From Thelocarpon superellum (lineage: Eukaryota): a stretch of 26,176 nucleotides of DNA. The position numbers and the translations under genes were made by a program. A model generated the notes under the pieces. The model was not told the DNA's origin. It ran no database searches and was given only the letters and a program-made list of their open reading frames with translations. Shown piece after piece: positions 20,907 to 26,176 of this stretch; the first letter of the stretch is position 1, and each line of letters begins with the position of its first letter. The stretch is taken from NCBI GenBank assembly GCA_026025795.1, contig JAPEUG010000024.1:62001-88176 (forward strand). Direction: 5' to 3'.

Positions 20907-21290
20907 ATGGAAGACCTAGATCTGTACCGTGTCACCCTGATCCCTGCCCGCGCGGGTGTCACGGTTGATTCACGCGTCTTAGTGATGGAAGAAACCGCTC
21001 AAATCACTATCGGCCGTTTGGACCACCGCGCAATGGTGCGTCAGCAACGCTGGACGACAACATGTTGAACGTTGTCCAGCAGCATTCCAGCACGACCATC
21101 GTACAGTATCACACCGAATAGCGGAGGCGCACAAGGCAGACTCAGCGGGACCGTATTCGGGGGTCCTGCGCCCATACCGAAGCTGATGGCCTCGGTGCCG
21201 GCGAGTTGCCCCTTGGGAGAGCTTCTCTTCTGGAAGGGAACGACACGATCTGGGCAGGTAGCCGCGAGATGACCCTAGCGCAGAGAGTGT
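20907..21290 (+). pseudogene. Possible degenerate FHA-domain gene or relic with one in-frame TAG
   Basis: FHA-like motif spacing appears after splicing out 21036-21079 (see findings). Pattern recognition only. Confidence 0.2.
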
Positions 21291-21974
21291 CAGGTCCACG
21301 GACGTGTCAACATCATAATTCTGACCGATGGGGGCATAATTACATGACCAGACGTGGACGTCGCCGCGAGCGCCGGGAGATTGGATGCATCTGTTGTCCT
21401 GCCATAAATAGCGTCGTGCAGCTTTTGAGTTGCCGGCAGAAGGAGCCCCAGCGGCGCCACCCAATCACTCCGGTCGCTGGGGACCTCCATTCCTCCCACC
21501 CCGGTCGCGCCCCAGTCAAATGGCACCACCCTTCTGCAGCGCCACCTCGGCTGCGCCATGCCGATGCCGGGACTAGGTAGTATTCTCGTCACTAACATAC
21601 TCGTAGTAGAGTGCCCGGCAAACGTGGGGCGTCTTGGTGGGTGCTCGCCCGGCGCCGTGATTTGTGCTTCGGGACTTGGGATCCTGACGCGTCATGATCC
21701 TTGCAGGATGGAAGTCAAGGGACATCTTCCCCTCCCCCTCCCTCTCCTTTCAGCGATAAGCAGTGGGGCTCTTGCCCGGGGAGGGAGGAGTGCAGTCAGA
21801 CTAGGCCCCTTCCATGCCAAGGATGTCGGAAGGACGTCACAAGTGCCCTGGTATGTATGGTCTCAACGGTCTGGAGGGCCTGCTAGTCGCTAGAGAGCTC
21901 TCGCACTATCTTCGATCACACTTTAGCTGGGCTCTGGTGCCCCGGTAGAGAGAAGGTGAGCGTGAGAGGAAGCT

Positions 21975-22015
21975 TGAGCGTGAGCGTGAGCGTGAGCATG
22001 AGCGTGAGCGTGAGC
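21975..22015. repeat. (TGAGCG)x~7 microsatellite upstream of the GH16 gene
   Basis: Read directly from the sequence; one unit is TGAGCA. Confidence 0.9.
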
Positions 22016-22173
22016 CCTTTTCCCAACCTGGATGGACGACGCGGTCTCGTCGGTCCTTTCGTTGCGCTTCATTCTCCCCAGGTGTCGGGCCCATTCTTGC
22101 CAGTCCTCCCTGCTTCGGTGCTCCTACTGAAACACGCTCGCTGCCGACTGTCACCTCGATCACCACCGCCGTT

Positions 22174-23498
22174 ATGTTGTTCAAGCGCAATAAGGATCAG
22201 GAGTCGGATCAGTACGACGACAGCGTGTACCTGAAGGAGGCCCCTGTGGTACAAAATGTCGATGGAGACGACTATGGAGTGGCTCCCGTGCGGACTTCCC
22301 GCCACCCTCGGAACTGGAGCCGGCGGAAGTGGATCATCTTCCTCCTGATCACCGTGCTGCTCATCGTTGGCATCATCGTGGGCGTCGTCGTGGGCGTCAA
22401 GATGAACAAGTATCCCAACTATTACAAAGTGAACTACGGCTTGGTTGACAGCTGTGAGAAGCACGGCCCCGCCGTCCATCTCCGATACTGACTCCAGACT
22501 TCCAGATTCGGGACCGTCGTTTTTCAACAACTTTGACTACTTCACGGGAGCCGACCCCACGCAGGGCTTTGTGAAGTACGTGTGGTGTCACTGAGCGCCC
22601 CAGCCGCCGATGCTGACCACGACCTCGCAGCTACCTCGATGCAGCCGGATCCGAGCAGTACAACCTGACCTCCGTCACCCAGACCACGGCCATTCTCAAG
22701 GTCGACACGAGCCAAGCCGCGGCCACGACGGGTCGTATGTCGGCGCGGATCGAGTCCAAGATGCAATGGAACGAGGGTCTCTTCATCTTTGACGTCCTGC
22801 ACACCCCCAATGGATGCGGCACCTGGCCTGCCCTGTGGTTGACCGACCCCTCTAACTGGCCGTACAATGGCGAGATCGATGTGGCCGAGGGCGTCAACGG
22901 GGCAACGACCGGCAACCAAATCACCTTGCACACCTCCGACGGATGCAGCATGGGCGTGAAGCGGAAGGAGACGGGAAGTGTCATGAACACCAACTGCTAC
23001 AACAGCACGAACAACAACGCCGGGTGTGCGGTGCAAGGTCCGTCCTACACCTTCGGACAGGCATTTAACGACAATGGCGGCGGAGTAAGCATCCACGCGT
23101 TCACAAGCCCATCTCATAGCTTTGGCTGACGTTTCTCCGTCCAGGTCTACGCTACGGAGCTACGGTCTGCAGGGATCCGCTCCTGGTTCTTCCAACGCTC
23201 GTCCATCCCCACCGACATCCTCATGGGGACGCCCGACCCATCATCGTGGGGCACTGCGATGGCAGACTTCCCCAACACAGACTGCAACATCGGGTCGCAC
23301 TTTCAGAACCAAAGCATTATCGCCAACATCGACCTGTGCGGCTCGTGGGCTGGCGATCCGAACGTCTACAGCACTCAGGATGGCTGCCCAGGCACCTGCA
23401 CGGATTACGTCGCCAATAACCCCAGCGCCTTCACGGACGCGTACTGGGAATTTGGCACGTTCAATATCTACCAAGCTGCAGATGGAAGTAATCCTTAG
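22174..23498 (+). CDS. GH16 endo-1,3(4)-beta-glucanase/laminarinase-like protein, type II membrane-anchored, about 385 aa
   Basis: Exons 22174-22453, 22506-22575, 22631-23084 and 23145-23498. N-terminal TM segment WIIFLLITVLLIVGIIVGVVVGV after RRK. Motifs: FDYFTGADPTQGFVNY, GCGTWPALW, catalytic WPYNGEIDVAEG, NIDLCGSWAG, AFTDAYWE. Confidence 0.93.
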
Positions 23499-23819
23499 GC
23501 TCAGGCTGTACAGCTGGCTGCCAGAAATCGCGGTATGTTTGCTAGCGTGACACTTGATACCTCAAAGCCGTTCATTTGCCTGCTCGAGTCAGATCTAATA
23601 TGGAGAGCCATCTTCTCGGACTAGATATTCGTACTCTTTCTTTCTTCACTCATGTTCTTATTTTCCTTGGCCCACGGTGGATATGACGGGAGGAAGAGAT
23701 GGACGGATGGGGCGGGGGGTTGAAGAGATATGGGACAGAAGGGAAGGGGATCGGAGTATCAGGAGCGTTCATTTAACCTCTCATCTACCCATCTGCTAAC
23801 CCCCACCCACCCAGCTCAG

Positions 23820-25690
23820 CTAGATATATTTATAAGGGTTCATGATACCATTCTAGTCCGCACCACACGTATCAGCCCAGGAATTCACGCCACCAAGGGC
23901 TCCCAATTCCAATGCCAATACCATCATCAAGAGGGGGGTAGAACGTACCGGATCATACAAAGCCTTGAGATCGCGCATGAGACGAAGCATGGTCCGAGAG
24001 CGCGAATAGGCAATGTACGGTTTCTTCGCTAGGCCGAGGCCGTGCTCGGCGCTGATGCTGCCGCCGTGGCGCTGGATCCACTCGTACACAAAGGGCTCCA
24101 GCGTCGCTTCGACCGCTTTGTCGTATCGGCGCGTGGCGATGTTCAGGTGCAGGTTCGAGTCGCCCATGTGCCCGTAGCCGACTACGCCTACCACGGGGTA
24201 GGTCGAGTCATCACCATCTTTCGAGGAGGATGGCGAGGTGGCTGCGGAGAGGCCGAGGAGCTGCGCCGCCTCCAGACGCTCCCGCACGTCTTCCACCAGC
24301 TTGTACATGTCCTTTAGCGGAATGGACAGGTCGTATTTGTATACCCCGCCCCAGTGGCCCAGACACTCCGGGATGCCTTCGCGCCAGCGCCAGAGCGCCT
24401 TCGCTTGCGTTTCGTCCTGCGAGAGCACCCCGTCCGATACGATGCTCTCGCCCATGACGTGCTCCAGGAACCTTTCCAATTTCTGAGCCACCACGTCAGT
24501 CATCGGTCCTTCGCTTCTGTTCGATGTGTATCGGGACGGTGGGTCTACCTCGCCGTCATGCTCGTCGTTGGATCCACTCGTCTCAATCAGACAATAGAAT
24601 GGATAATCACCGTCCAGAGGCCGCTTGTTCTGCGTCACGGCGTGGACGAGGTCCTGGCTGCGGCTGTCCATGAGCTCGAAGGCGGACAGAATCTCCGATA
24701 GCTGCGATTTGGCTTCTCGGTAGGCGCGCTGCACCATCTCGAAGCTCTCGAGACCGAAAAAAGCCACGTTCACTGCCTTGGGCTTCTGAGGACACAGGAT
24801 CGAGATCCCCGTGATGATCCCGATCGTGCCTTCGCCGCCAATGAAGAGCTGTTTGAGATCGTAGCCCGTGTTATTCTTACGTAGTGTCGAGAGATCGTCC
24901 ACGATGGTCCCGTCGGGCAAGACGGCTTCAATCCCCAGGACGTTTCCATGTAAGCTTCCATAGCGGAGTAGTCGAAGACCGCCAGCATTGGTCGCCACGT
25001 TGCCACCAATGTGACAGGAGCCTTTGGCCCCGAGGTCCAAGGGGAATATGTGGTCGTTTTCCCTCAGAAAGTGGTCCACCACCTCTAAGATGCATCCTGC
25101 ATCGACCACCAGCGTGCCTGAGACCTCGTCAAATGATCGAATCTCGTTCATCCGCGACATGTTGATGACAATCTCGTCAAACACTGATACAGAGCCCCCG
25201 ACCAATCCTGAGTTTCCGCCCTGAGGGACGACCGCCAATCGGTGCTCATTGCAGTATTGCAAGATCTGGCTCACTTCCTCCGTCGTCTGGGGCCGGAGGA
25301 CGACCTTGGTGTGTCCTCGGTATTTGCGCATCCAATCGCTGTTGAATGGCTCTAGGTCGTCGCCGGCGTCTGCCGACAGTCCATCAATGACTGCTGACGG
25401 TGAGGGCAAAATCGTTTTGAAATGTTGGACGTGATGTTGCTCAAGCGTCTTGAATCGTGCATCTCGTTTCAGGTCAGGGTATCTTCCCGGGTGAGCAAGA
25501 GTGCCCCGCTCTCGGAGCTGTCATCAACTTACGTGTCGGAGGTGAAGGCGATGCCTTTGACGGGATCTGCTGCTCCAGAGCTCCATCGAGCATTGATCCG
25601 ACCTGGAAAGCCTGGAAAGGGTCGAGCAGGTATCGTCCGACCCGCAATGCCTTGCCGCAGCAATGGCGTCAGCGCCAACTTGCCCGCCAT
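23820..25690 (-). CDS. DLD2: Mitochondrial FAD-linked D-2-hydroxyglutarate/D-lactate dehydrogenase (Dld2/Aip2, D2HGDH family), about 552 aa
   Basis: Exons 25690-25533, 25482-24549, 24482-23949 and 23852-23820. Arg-rich presequence free of acidic residues (MAGKLALTPLLRQGIAGRTIPAR..). Motifs: PQGGNSGLVGGS, PLDLGAKGSCHIGGNVATNAGG, GHMGDSNLHLN, GSISAEHGLG, and C-terminal DPNGIMNPYKYI. Confidence 0.95.
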
Positions 25691-26176
25691 GACCTATCAC
25701 GATTTGGACGCAATCATCAAAGACCGAGGGCGGGGAGTTTTGTGGGGATCATGGATAAGAGATTCGAGATTCAAAGCTTGACCAGTTTAATCTCGTGAAG
25801 CAGAGCTTCACGCTGCACAGAGAAGCAAATCCCTGCACGGGGACATCGAATCGATCGATGGTGGCATATGTGCATTATCTGGAGGTCCCATCTGTGGTCC
25901 TCTCGGCTAAACATCCGGCACACGAGGTGAGACAACATCCAAGCTGCACCTGGAGCGCTTTAGCTATGTTACTCGTTCTCCCTCGTCGGACATATGACTA
26001 AGTCCTAAGTCATCCTCACGGCAGCCCGGAGCTCCTGAAGTTTGATCCATCGACAGGCAGACATATGACGACGAAGCTCCAAGACGACCGAAACGAAGCC
26101 GTGTTCATTCCCTGGCTTCCCTCCTCCTTTTCCTCCTACAGTATTCGCGCAGGCGACGGTGCGTGATCTGTTGGAC

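Noticed and set aside
21956..22081. 5'-UTR intron of GH16 containing the (TGAGCG)n repeat
   Set aside because: There is a good donor (AG^GTGAGC) and a pyrimidine-rich CAG, but no clear branch site, and it is longer than every other intron here; not supportable without transcripts.
115..26001. Most ORFs in the six-frame track (e.g. 2667-3275, 4498-5100, 9991-10542, 17663-18151, 22542-23117)
   Set aside because: They are antisense or off-frame shadows of real exons, or Arg/Pro/Gly-rich frames expected in GC-rich DNA. Many start at GTG/TTG and show no recognisable motifs or splice logic.
1..26176. tRNA, rRNA, spliceosomal snRNA or TPP riboswitch
   Set aside because: The GGTTCGA hits I noticed (about 15934 and 24152) lie inside exons without cloverleaf context. 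No TPP aptamer core or thiamine gene was seen. Divergent ncRNAs could be missed by eye.

Overview
GC-rich eukaryotic DNA from a filamentous ascomycete (Pezizomycotina-like). Introns are short GT-AG introns (about 45-96 nt), mostly with CTRAC/CTRAY-like branch sites. Ten spliced protein-coding genes could be rebuilt by hand, and each complete model is a whole number of codons. In order: an Nrp1/Arp-type RNA-binding protein (runs off the left edge), a Sid1/SepL-type Ste20/GCK kinase, a DUF4048 protein, TIM22, a secreted triple-CFEM protein with a duplicated C-terminal peptide module, a heme-domain-less sulfite oxidase-family enzyme, an orphan 587-aa protein with a degenerate nucleoside-hydrolase-like motif pattern, a GRAMD4-like membrane protein, a membrane-anchored GH16 glucanase, and mitochondrial DLD2. 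No tRNA, rRNA, CRISPR array or transposon was recognised. The most unusual part is 10.8-17.2 kb (CFEM x3 plus repeat peptides, heme-less SO, NH-like orphan). There are also two weak candidate gene relics (F-box-like and FHA-like) in intergenic DNA. All family calls come from motif recognition only; no database search was run.
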